Shown here in pieces: positions 12,513 to 24,314 of a stretch of DNA of 64,000 bases (position 1 is its first letter; every line of letters starts with the position of its first letter). The stretch lies in the NCBI GenBank assembly GCA_951406725.2, contig OX597837.1, positions 16,306,001 to 16,370,000 on the forward strand, written 5' to 3'. The DNA is from Octopus vulgaris. Lineage: Eukaryota. Under the pieces are notes generated by a model. It saw only the letters and a program-made list of their open reading frames with translations, made no database searches and had not been told where the DNA came from. The translations under genes and the position numbers were made by a program.

Positions 12513-12929
12513 AAATATTGTACCTGTTTTAAATACTTTATTTAAAATCACAACCACTCTAAACACCCAATGTTCTCACCACCACCACCACCTTAATATT
12601 TGCTGCTCCTTCTGAGTTGAAAAGATGTCCAAGGGGGAAAGTACTGCCCAGGTTAAAAACTTGGGCAAGTAGTTTAAGGTACAGGATTACAGCATTCTGA
12701 ATTTACATGTCTTTTTCCTTTCTTAAGCTTGTAGTATGTGATGAGGGATGTGGCTGCTTATTTTAGCAGGTTGAGTGGTCACTTAGAAAGGAAGGCGTCT
12801 TGTTTTTTTTAATATCCAACTTCTGATCCTTTCTTTATCTCATACCATAGTATTTATGCTATGTCTAAAATTTGTGGTCTTGTACCAAAGCTAGAACTAA
12901 TAGTTATTGTTGTTATTGCTATCCCTATT

Positions 12930-13905
12930 ATCAAGGTGGCAGAATCATTAGCATGCCAGACAAAACACTTAGCAACATTTTATTCATATTTACATTCTCT
13001 CCTCAAATTCCACTGAGGTCAACTTTGTCTTTCATCCCTTTTGGGGTTCAATAAAATAAGTACCAGTTGAGTATTTTAGAGTTGGTGTAATTGGCAAGAG
13101 TCACCTCCACCAAACTTTTAGGCCTTGTGCCTATAGCTTAAGGATTCTGTTATAATTATCAATATCATTATTTTACTTCAGTTTTACTTACCCTGGTTGA
13201 TTCTGTGAGAGCAGATATCCACCTGTTGTTAGGGGTCTCACAGGGTCTCTTTCTGCAAATTATAAGCTTTGGTACCTGAATGTTAACCTATCGTGGAAGT
13301 CGCTGAACACCTTAGCACCAATCTCAAAATCCTAGCTGTACCCACGAGAGCAGTTTTGGAGGCCTGCTCTGCTCCCATTTCAATTCCCGATTTTTCTGAC
13401 ATAGTTCATTAGCACATTGGGTGAAATGCTTAATATTTTGTCTGTCTTTACATTCTGAGTTCAAATTCTGCCAAAGTTGACTTTGCCTTTTATCCTTTCT
13501 GGATCATAAAATAAGTACTAGTTAAGTACTGGGATCAATGAAATAGACTAGCCCCCCCCCCCCACCCAATTTCATGCCTTTTACCTGTAATAGAAAGGAT
13601 TGTTTGGAGTTGGGAGAATCATTAGAGCATCAGAAAAATGTTTAGTGGCGTTTGTTTATTTGTTGTCTTGAGTTCAAAACTTGTCAAAGTCACCTTTGCC
13701 TTTCATTGTTCCAGAATTGATAAAACACGGTACTAGTCAGGTACTGGAGTACCCCACCCCTCAGAATTGCTGGTCTTGTGCTGAAATCAGAAATCATTAT
13801 TATTATTATTAAGGTGGTGAGTTGGCCGAATTGTTAACATACTGGACAAAATGATTAGCAACATTTCTTGAGGTTTTTTTATGTTCTGAGTTCAAATTCC
13901 ACCAA
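12930..13905 (+). mobile_element. Cluster of head-to-tail family-A SINEs with a short LINE-like fragment
   Basis: Repeated GGCAGAATC(A/G)TTAG..TTCAAATTC..GACTTTGCCTTT..AAAATAAGTACCAG units separated by (TTA)n. Confidence 0.75.
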
Positions 13906-15050
13906 GTGGCACAGAAGTGGTCTGAGACTAAGGTGCCATTGTTGAGTCTGATGTCCCAGAGATGTTCAGCGAACCGGCTGGCTGAGCCGTGTCCTGTTTG
14001 ATCAGGAGATACAGTAGATAACATTACTGGCTGGAGATGCAGGTGAATGAATCAGTGATGTGGTAGATGTGGTGCTGGGATAGGTAGGGGCAGGTGTAAC
14101 AGCATGGGTGAGAGCAAAGGAAGGAGCTATGTTGGGTGCCGGGAGTGGGGAAGAAGCTACAGACCAGAAGGTCATGTAGGTTATTTGAAAGAGGGAATGT
14201 GTGGGTTGAGTAAGATATGGGAGGGTGCAGGGGTTAGATTGGAGTCAGGTGAAGACAAGGTCAAGGTACTTGGAAGGGTTGTTGGACTTATGGGTCCTAG
14301 GAAGGAAGTAAATAGTGGGGGTTCATGGGGTATGGACAGTGATGTTGTATGTAGTGGGAGGTAGACTGGAGGAAGAAATAAGATCGTGAATTGTAGAAGA
14401 CCCTTTCTGTTGCTAGTGTGATGTGGGGTTGGAGGGCAGAGGGCAAATAGAAAGCATTATCTTGAAATTGGTAGAGTACTTCAGCTTTATAGAGGTCTGT
14501 GTGCTACAGGACCACGACTCAACCTTTGTCAGCTGGTTTAATGATGATGTCTTGATGGCATCAGAGACACTGAAGAGCCGAGAGTTTGGCCTGGGCGATG
14601 TTGAAATGTTGGGGATGCTTACAAAAGTTCAACTGGTCCACAATACAACAGACACTTGCAAATCGATCAGCTGCCTGGAATTAGCTGGGAGCCTACATCC
14701 AGTGGGATGGTTGGCAGCCCAGGTCAGTGAAGCAGTCTTCTTCATTAGATGTAAGTGGAGTATTGTGGAATAGAACATGCAGCCTGACATGGTGCACAAA
14801 GTGTTGGATGTTGGCAAGGGTCTGAACCTTGTTGCTGGATGGAGTGAGTGGTATGAAACAGAGACTCCTGAGGAGAAAACATTCTGCTTCAGAGAAGGGG
14901 AGATCAGGAGGAATGGTAATAACAGAGTGAAGTGGAGGAAGGTGAGGCGGGTGGCAAAGGAGTGGTGGAGGTGGTAGTAGGCTGGAAGGAGAGATTCTTT
15001 TACTAGTTATAGCAGCCATGTTGGGACAGCAATCCAGTAACTAGTAATCT
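13905..15050 (-). mobile_element. Penelope-like retroelement relic (N-terminal region plus GIY-YIG endonuclease; RT core deleted)
   Basis: Minus-strand VITIPPDLPFSEAE..LCFIP..., YFLPRTHK (RT-start LPKIHK-like) and QTG..ASRFAEHLWDIR..VSDHF (GIY-YIG). Frameshifts and stops throughout. Confidence 0.85.
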
Positions 15051-15239
15051 TCAAGGGTTCAGTCAAGCATAAATAACCCTTAATTTAGGAATGTGTTTTT
15101 TGTAGAACTGCTTGGCTATATTACATAAATATCACCAGTTTTAAGTGGCATACATGTAAACACACACACACAATGGGCTTCCTTACAGTCTTGAGTGACA
15201 TTTGGTAAACAGAAGCTGTCACACAAAACAGTGTAGTTT

Positions 15240-16070
15240 CTGCTGGCTCTTTACATTCTGAGTTCAAATGCTGCCAAGATCAACTTTGCCTTTTGTCCTT
15301 ATTGGGTTAATAAAATAAGTACCAGTTGAGTTTTAGGGTCAGTGAAATCAACTTATGTTCTCCCACCCTTAAAGTCACTGATCTTGTGCTAAAATTTGAA
15401 ATTATTATTCTTGTTGTTATTGTTATAATATAATAAGGCAGCACGCTGGCAGAATTGTTAGCATGCCAGGCAAAATGCATTTCACCTGTTCTTATGTTCT
15501 GAATTCAAATTCCACTTAGGTCATCTTTCAGGGTCAATAAAATTTAAGTACTAGTTGAGTACTGAGGTCTGTATAATTGACTATCTCCCTTCCCCAAACT
15601 TCAGGCCTTGTGCCTATAGTAGAAAGGATTATTATTGTTATTAAAGTGATGAGCTAGCAGAGCCATTAGGGCATCTTCCAAAATGCTTTGCAGTATTTTC
15701 TGAGTTCAAATCTTGCCATGGTTGACTTTGCTTTTCATCTCTTTGAAGTCAATAAAATAAAGAACCAGTCAAGTTCTGTGGTCTAATAGACAACCCACCC
15801 CCAATTACTTGCCTTGTGCCAAAATTTGAAACTGTTATTATTGGGGGATGGGGCTGGCATTGAGCTCACAGATTTAATATGGCAGGAAGGAATGCTTTGT
15901 TGTATTTGTTTCGTTGCTTTATACTCTGAGTTCAAATTCCAGCATAATCAACTTTGCTTTTTATCCTTCCAAATTTGATAAAATAAAGTACCAGTCATGT
16001 ACTGTGCTGATGTGATCCACTTCCCTCAAAATATCTGGCCTTTTGCCTAAATTAGAAACAGTTATTACTT
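15240..16070 (+). mobile_element. Tandem array of 4-5 family-A SINEs
   Basis: Direct repeats of TTCTGAGTTCAAAT..AACTTTGC..AATAAAGTACCAG..GGCCTTGTGCC, each ending in ATTATT tails. Confidence 0.8.
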
Positions 16071-18094
16071 GCTAGAAATGGTACTGAGCTGGAAGATTTA
16101 TTCTCGGACATCCTTGAGAAAAAAATTATTTGTTGTTTTGTATTCAGTTAGATACTCAGATCATTTGTAAATATATTAGTATGAATAATTTTTAATTATG
16201 ATCTTGACATTGATCAAAGCTCTTTTGCTTCTGTGACCTACTTCCTTGTATGCGTGTATGCATTCATCCAACATGGATTTAGCTGGGTTCAATCAATGAA
16301 TTTACAGCATCATAAATAGAAACTCACTTCATTAATTATAAATGTCTAATGTGGAGTTGCAATTTTAAGCTTGGTTTTCAAGTTTAGAATTTGCTCTCTG
16401 ATCCCAGTTGTGTGATGACAATCCAAGTGAAGGGACACAGAAATAATCTTGGTTGGTGTTAGGGTTTGCAGTAAAACTACCAAGAGTGAGGGACCCTTAG
16501 CTGTTGAAGAGGGGCATTTTGCTGAAAATCTGCAGTTTCACATGATTACTGATCATCTCGATTCAGCTTTGTCATGAGGTGCTAATCATGGAGACTCAGA
16601 GAGTGGTACTCATGGTGTACAAGCATCAATCACTAGAATCCAGTGATGTACAGATGTCTCCTTTTGGTGACCTCATTTGTCATTCCATCTACTGAAAGTT
16701 GTAGGGTTAATGGAAGAGAGGTGATGTGTGCAGATCTAACCATTTTGGAGCACACAGTAAGCTACAACTTTCGTCTGTCACTAGTACTTTAGCCCGTGCA
16801 GGTCTGCAATGGAATTGAACAGTCATCTGTGAAGTAATGGATGGAAAATCAGAAATACAATTGACAACAAGGAAGAAAAAAGAGATGCCAATCATCAGTG
16901 GGGGAAGTCACTGTGTTTCGATGTATGTGTGTGTGTGTGTGTGTGTGTATGTATATGGATGAATGCGTACATGAATATATATATTTGTATATCAATATAA
17001 ATAGGCATACCTTATTGCTTGTATCCCCCCCCCCTAATGGTTCTGGAGACTTGAAGACAGTGGGGGGCAGTAAGACTGCTCACCATCAGATAATTCATGA
17101 TGAATAAAGGAAATTACAAAGACTAATTCAACCAATCAGTAGAACTCTCTCCCGACCCCATCTCTCTCTGTCACTCACTCACACACACAGAAAAAGGCAC
17201 ATTCCTCTCCCTCTCCACTGTTAAGATAATATTGTCCTAACATAAATATAGTCCCTGTGTAGCTACTATATGTTTGTACATTTTTTTTAACACTGGAAAC
17301 TGCCTAGTTTTTAGTTTAGCTTTGCTTAACCTTCACCTGAGCATAGTTATTTTTAAACTGTCTACCTTGAACATTTTCAACAATATTATACACAGATAAA
17401 CTAAATTGTCACCAACCAACATTTGTTTATCCAGCTTTTCAAAACCATTTGACAGTAGGCTGACCTCTTTTACCTACTTTTTGTTGTTGCTTTGTGTTCT
17501 TTTTTCTCCTGCAACTTGCTTATTATAAATAAAACAATGAGAAAACATTATTTGTTTGATTGGTATTCACTGCATTAAATATGTTAACACTATGTTAACT
17601 ACTTAATCCTCCATATATATCTCAATTTAAAAAAAAAAAAATTTGTTAATTTATATTTCAGAGTGAGCTCCCCTGTCTCTTTAAGGAAAATTTTCATTAA
17701 TATTGTAGAGATTTGTTTTCTCTTTATGAGTATGAATTTAATTGATTAAAAGTTCTTTCTTGTTCTTTACATTATGTAAACCTGCACTTGGCTGTACTTA
17801 CTATAAACCCCTGTTATTTTATCCAGGTCAACTCTGATCAAGCAGACCTATGATCAAGGGCATTTCAATCACAGCTATCCTGTTATATATACATAAACAA
17901 ATCACAAATCCTTTCAGGGAGGTGGCCTTGCTTGATGTGTAGAAAAGGTGTAGGTAGGGACTCAATAAGGTGTACCCAGTGCAAGCTATGCATACATTAG
18001 AGATGCAGGTACAATAAATGCTAGAAATGTACAGAAAATAGACTTCATCAAATGCCAGTGGGGATCATTAGTAGTAGATAGCTTCTGTTAATTA

Positions 18095-18290
18095 GGTGAT
18101 TAAGTCATCAGTGGAGGAGGATGTTCTGGGAGTGTAGCTGCTAGAATAAGAACAGGCTGGGTAAAATTTAAAGAGCTTCTACCTTTGTTGGTAATAAAGG
18201 GCCTCCCCCTCAGAGTGGAAGGCAGATTGTATGATGCCTGTATGCAAACAGCCATACTACAAGGCAGTGTAGCATGGGCTGTGACTTCAA
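18095..18290 (+). pseudogene. RTE-clade LINE RT C-terminal fragment
   Basis: Reads GGGCSGSVAARIRTGWVKFKELLPLLVIKGLPLRVEGRLYDACMQTAILQGSVAWA. Followed after a deletion by RTE 3' UTR-like sequence. Confidence 0.85.
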
Positions 18291-18419
18291 AGAGCAAGCA
18301 AAGTCTCGTAGACGTGATGACACATGACTGAGATTTCTGGCAATTTGCTGGACTTGAGAAGACCCATCAAGCTAAGTGAAATTTTGGTTGCAGATAGTGC
18401 CAGTGATACATAAAAGGGG

Positions 18420-18524
18420 AAGGCGCCCGTGTCGCTGGCACGTAAAAGGCACCCGTGTCGCTGGCACATAAAAGGCACCCATGTCGCTGGCACATAAAAG
18501 GTGCCTGTGTCGCTGGCACATAAA
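18420..18524 (+). repeat. 26-bp minisatellite, 4 copies
   Basis: Unit AAAAGGCACCCGTGTCGCTGGCACAT. Confidence 0.9.
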
Positions 18525-19858
18525 AAAAGCATGATGATGATTATGTATGTATATATATCAAAAAGTTTGCTTCCCAACCATATGATTCTGAATTCTGTTT
18601 CACTGCACCCTTAGGCAAGTGTTGTCTACTATTGCTCCAAGCCTACCAAAGCTTTGTGAGTGGATTTGGTAGACAGCAACTGAAAGCAGATCCCATCATG
18701 TGTGTGTGTGCGTTTCCTCGTCCTGACATTGCATGATAGTTGTAAATGATAGTCGCTCATACGTGTTATTCATTTCCAGTATTCTGTGAGAACATGTCTA
18801 ACCATGGGGGAAATATTACGTTGCTTGGAAACAAGTGAAGGGTTGCAACAGGATGGGCAACTGACCCTGTAGAAAATTTGCCTCAAATAAACTCCGTTTG
18901 ACCTAAGAAAGCATGGAAAAGTGGATTCCCAACCCATCTGTTCATTAGCTGTGTTCAAAGTTTTGAAAAGCTGCCATGTAAAATGTATAATTACTCAGTT
19001 ATATATAATTATGCAGTGATCTATAACTTTTAACTGATGTTGGGATGAGTTTATTGTTAATAAAATCAGCTTATAGATTACACATACTTTTTTAGAGGGG
19101 ATTATTGAAAATTTCATTTAACCCTTTTACTACATTTCTATATAAATTAACTTTCTTTCAGTTAAACTTTAAAATAATGAAGAATTTAGTAAAATTACTG
19201 TGTCCTTATTAATTTGGTGTCAGGATCAAAGAGGACAGAAAATTTTGATGGAAACTTTTAATTTCACTTTAAAACAGAAAGTTAGTGTCATAATGAAGAA
19301 GTGTCAGGCACTTTGGTTTGTTGCCAGTATCGCTTATTGTTTAGCTCTCTGGGTCAGCTTTGATTTAACAGACATACCAAGATCCTAGCCATTCCTATCT
19401 ACTCCCATTTTGAGACATTAGCATGTTTATTTAAGACTCCGTAATGCATTTCTTTATTTTGTTAATTAAAAAAAAAAGACAAAAAGCAATAGGAAGTGAT
19501 TTGAAGTACATATAGCTTATATTTCTAGCAGTTCAAGTGGCCATATAGAGGTTCCCTATATCAGAAGAATATTGACAAGATTAAGCTACCACACACTGTG
19601 TAGGTTTCCTAGCTTTTGTCAACAAAAGCTGGCAATTAATAAACTTGTTCAACTTGTTTTATCGCTGCAGTCCTTTATATTAAACCTTATTGTGTCAAAA
19701 ATTCAAAGTTCATTTTCTCTGACATAAAGTTTTAATTATTTTCTTTGTGTTGTTGGTATTTTTATTGTCATTTTGTTGTTTGTTATGTAATAGCTATCTA
19801 ATCAACATTAACGCATATATAAAGTGTATATATAAATATATGTACGTGTGTGTGTTTA

Positions 19859-19909
<51 letters not shown>

Positions 19910-20017
19910 GTACACACACAAGGGTGCTGAGAAAGGACCAAGCACATTGATCCTCAGAAAGATTCATGGAAGTTGAAAACCTTGACTAATACAAAGAATA
20001 AGCTTACTCTGTGCATG

Positions 20018-20052
<35 letters not shown>

Positions 20053-21474
20053 ACGTGTGTACAGGCAACAGATGTACTCAGCACATTGGCATCTGTGATT
20101 TACTTCAAGGAAGCAATAGTTGTAAGACCAATACAAATTCAGAGAGAAAATCAGTAGATAAAAGCAATAAAGTAAAAAAAAAAAAAGAAATATCAGAAAA
20201 ATATAAAGTATTTAATAAAATAGATTTATCAAAGAAATTGGCTTGGAAGCTGATTTACACTGTTTGCTTTTTGTGTGTGTGATATGAACTTTAAACATGA
20301 TAGAGAGTGGCAATTTGTATTGTCCAGGGGCTAAATTTATGGTGAAAGCTGCGCCAGTCATGGACCATTCCCTCATTTCTTTTCTTTCTTTTTTTTCTTC
20401 TAGGCAGTCTGTTTAGGGCTACATTATCCACTGTGTTAATCTCTTAAGATGGGTGGGATTTGAGGGATTTGGCTACTTTTTCCAGCAGACCAAATGACAA
20501 CACAACTGCTCCTTTAGTGACTTGATATATTATGAGACTGAATGTAATAATAATAATAATGAAACATTGTGTACAGTGCTCAGGTGCACTACAACTCATC
20601 TAAAGTGTATGTATAGTACATAGGGTAATGTACAACAGTGCATGAGTCATGACATACACATATGTGTATGAGTATGTAGTTAATGTTTATAGCATCATTG
20701 GAACCGGATGGTAAGGGTTTCAAAAAGCATACATGTTCATGGTGCCATGTTTGGCACTTAATACATATTATTGAAGCTGACTTTGTTCTTCATCCATCTT
20801 GATTCTATAAACTAGATTCCAGTCACTGCTGGCTGAGTGGGTAAGGTTGTACATCAGGAATTCCTTAAACCAGGGTTTAACAACTGGGCCATTGTTGTGT
20901 TTATTCTCTGAGCCAAAGCCTTTCAATGTTGAGATCCAGGTCAGCTCTAATGAAGCAAATACAAGATCAAAGATGTTCCAGCCATGACCATCCTGTGTTT
21001 TTGTGTATGGGGAACTAAATTGCTCAATGTGTGTGTGTGTGTGTAGGAGTGGCTGTGTGGTAAGAAATTTGCTTCTCAACCACATGTTACTAGGTTCAGT
21101 CCCACTGTATGGCACCTTGGAAAAGTATCTTGTATAACCTCAGGCAGATCAAAGCCTTGTGTGTGGATTTGGTAGACAGAAACTGAAAGAAGCCTACCAT
21201 GTGTTGATTCATTCAACGAAAATTGCACAAGGCAATGCCCAGCAAGGCTGACTCTAATAACTGAAACAAGTAGGTGTGTTTTTATAAGTAGATAGTATTT
21301 TATAAGTAGATAGTATATAAGTAGATAGTATTATAAATCAAGCTGTGTCCTCTTGAAGCACATCTGCTTATTCCAGTACTCCAGAATTGTATGGAGATGT
21401 TATCTTTGTTTGAAGCATGCATAAGCTTTGGAAAATACTGGGAAATCTTTTTGGCAGAGTAATTATATAATAAA

Positions 21475-21717
21475 ACAGGAGGTGGAAAAAAATTAGTGGG
21501 GGGGGGTATTCACCATTACCCATGTTTCATTTGCTTAAAGAAATTACAAAATTGTACACGGTGAGAGAAACATTTAAGATAGCTCCTATTGGAAATTCTT
21601 CAGAGAATCACAATCTTACATGTTTCTCCTACATGTACAATTTTGTAACTCCTTTAAGCAAATGAAACCTGTCTAATTGTGAATAAATAATACCAAAATC
21701 TTTTTGCGATCTCCTGT
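21475..21717. repeat. Long imperfect inverted repeat (MITE-like, about 105-bp arms)
   Basis: GTTTCATTTGCTTAAAGAAATTACAAAATTGTACA..GAGAAACAT is mirrored by ATGTTTCTC..TGTACAATTTTGTAACTCCTTTAAGCAAATGAAAC. Ends are ACAGGAG/CTCCTGT. Confidence 0.85.
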
Positions 21718-22920
21718 GTGTGTGTGTGTGTGTGTGTGCCTGCCTGCCTGCCTGCCTCCCTCCATCCCTTGTGGAGGCTCTGTGTTGGTAGTAGTGGTGA
21801 CAGCGTAATGGGTTGTGATGATGTTTTAGTAGATAGTGGTGACAGTGATATTTACTTAGGTGCTGATGGCAAAGTATCAGTAGGCGATGGTGGGTATTGT
21901 TTCAGTAGGTGATGATGTTATTGTTTAAGGTAAAGGTTGTGGTACTATTATTTTAGGTAGTAGGAGTGGTGGTGATTTTATTGTTTTAAGTAGTTGTTGC
22001 GCGGTGGTGTTAGTGTTGAGTATCCTCATTCAATTTTCCTGTGGCAGACTTGAAGTATTTTCTTTAATTATATGTGAGGAAGTGAAATAATTAGTAACTT
22101 CATTTATTTTTCTTTTTATTTGTGTTATAATTTCTCATAATGACATTGATAAACCAGTTTGTTTCCTCATTTACAGATTCAGCAATTAACATGCAAATGA
22201 TGAATAAATTTTTTGTTTCACCCAATGAAGCTAGCAGAAATATTCACATATTATAAACTTCTCTTGATCTCTAATCTATGCATGGACACATACACGTGTG
22301 CTCACACACACCCACATTATATCTCCTTTTCCTTGCAAATTTTAAGTTCATAACTTGTGACCCACATGGAAATCTCTATTATATGCAATTCTCAAGATAA
22401 TATTGTGATTCAGTGCTATTTATATACTCTACTGATGTAAGAATGAAGAATATTTGGAAATATGTAGATAAGAAGATGAGAAAGTATAAGGACAGTGATT
22501 AAGAGAATCGATATACAGAAGGTGTGAATTTGAGTCCCACAGGCAGCCTTCAACTTTTTTCCATCCAAGGGTTTTTTTAAATCCCTTTATCTACTTTGAT
22601 TCATTAGTTGCATCATAGGAATATAGAGACTTTGAGGGACATGAAATAGTTTTTAGAAAGTTGATGACCGTATAAATAACAGCATTTAACTACTGAGTTT
22701 GGAGGGAAAGTCAAAATTTGCTCCTGGGACTTGAATGCACATCATCTGTGTGTGTGAGTGTGTGCGCGTAAGCAAACACATTCTCCTAACTGTATTTCTC
22801 CTAAAATTCTGACATTCTTATTGTCTCTGCCACTCCCCAAGCCACCCATAATCAAGAGGAAATGAGAATAAAGCATGATTTGTATATATTGAATTCCCCA
22901 TCGCCTTCTCTCATACCACC

Positions 22921-23686
22921 ATTTTTCTGAAGAGGCTAAAATCAACTTGTTTGGGTCAGATGGTATTAAATGAGTATGGTGACGACCGGATGAAGATGAT
23001 AGCAACAAATGCACCGTGCCTACCATGAAATCCAGCGGTGGAAGTGTTATGCTTAGGGGATGCGTGTGTGCGGCTGGCGTGGGAGGACTCACATTTATTG
23101 AGAGAGAGAGCAATGGATTCAAGGCTTTATTGTGGCATATTGCAGAAAACAATGTTGAAAAGAATTAAGGAACTAGGAAGGCATTTTATGTTCCCTAAAC
23201 ACACTTCAAAGATGACGACTAAGTTTTTAATCAGATAAAAAGGTAAAATTATTGCCTTGGTCTACCATGTCACCTGATTCAAACCCAATAGAACACCTGT
23301 GAGGTGTTTTGAAAAGGAAGGTTGAGGAGAAAAACCCCACAATCTAGCACAGTTGAAAGACATCATTCAGGATGAATGGAGGTCGATTTCATTATATGCG
23401 GAAATTTAGTTGACTTAATTCAGTCACTGAAAGTAAAGGTGGTCACACCAAATATTGAATATAGCAAATAATCCTTTACAATGTACATATTTTTGTATCG
23501 TTTGGAAATTAAAATTTCATTCATATCTTTAAAAATGTTTATTGTTTTGCATTCCAAATTTGTGTAATGTTTGCATGTTTAATATATTTTATTCAGTATA
23601 ATTTCAGTATTGATTTCCTCCGATATTATCAGATTAATGGCAATTCTACTGTAATTTTTTAGGGGTGTACATACTTCTGTGAGAGA

Positions 23687-23688
<2 letters not shown>
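22921..23688 (+). mobile_element. Tc1-family transposon relic (DD34E catalytic region plus right end)
   Basis: IFSEEAKINLFGSDG..VPTMKSSGGSVM..G.LTFIE; PKHTSK..W..MSPDSNPIEHL*..LKRKV..GGHTKY*; terminal GGGGTGTACATACTTCTGTGAG before (TA)n. Confidence 0.9.
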
Positions 23689-23734
<46 letters not shown>

Positions 23735-24314
23735 GTACACGTAACAGCTTTTCTGTTCTTGTCTACCAAATTCAGTCACAAGGCATTGGTTGGCCTGGGG
23801 CTATAGTAGATGACACTTGTCCAAGGTGCAATGCAGTGGGACTGAACCTGAAACCATATGGTTGAGAAGTAAACTTCTTGACTGTACATCCACATCTGAA
23901 GGATGAGGGGGAATTATTCTTGGACTTCTTTATAGTCACAACACTCTCTCTCTGCTGATTGCTGTTCTATATATACAGTCAATCTTCTTGTTGGACAATG
24001 CTTACTGTGGTTATCGGTATTGATTCTATGTTTAGTCTGTTAGACAAGCTTTCAGCTTCAGTGGAATCCCTTATTGATTTCCATATTTTTATACAACATA
24101 CATTCAAGGTGTAAAGAGTTTTTGTTGTTTTTCTGCCTTTTTTTATGATAAACCATTTAAAAAATTTTCTGTTATACCATCATTCGTTTATTGTTAATAT
24201 TAATCCATTCTTTGAATTGTGGCTAAGCCATAATCATCATCATTGTTGTTATAACATCTGTGTGTGTGTGTGTATGTGTGTTTGTATGAAGGTGCTAAAG
24301 TCTCATTTGTCTAA

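Noticed and set aside
18420-18524. CRISPR-like repeat array
   Set aside because: Units are contiguous with no unique spacers, there are no cas genes, and the context is a eukaryotic intron.
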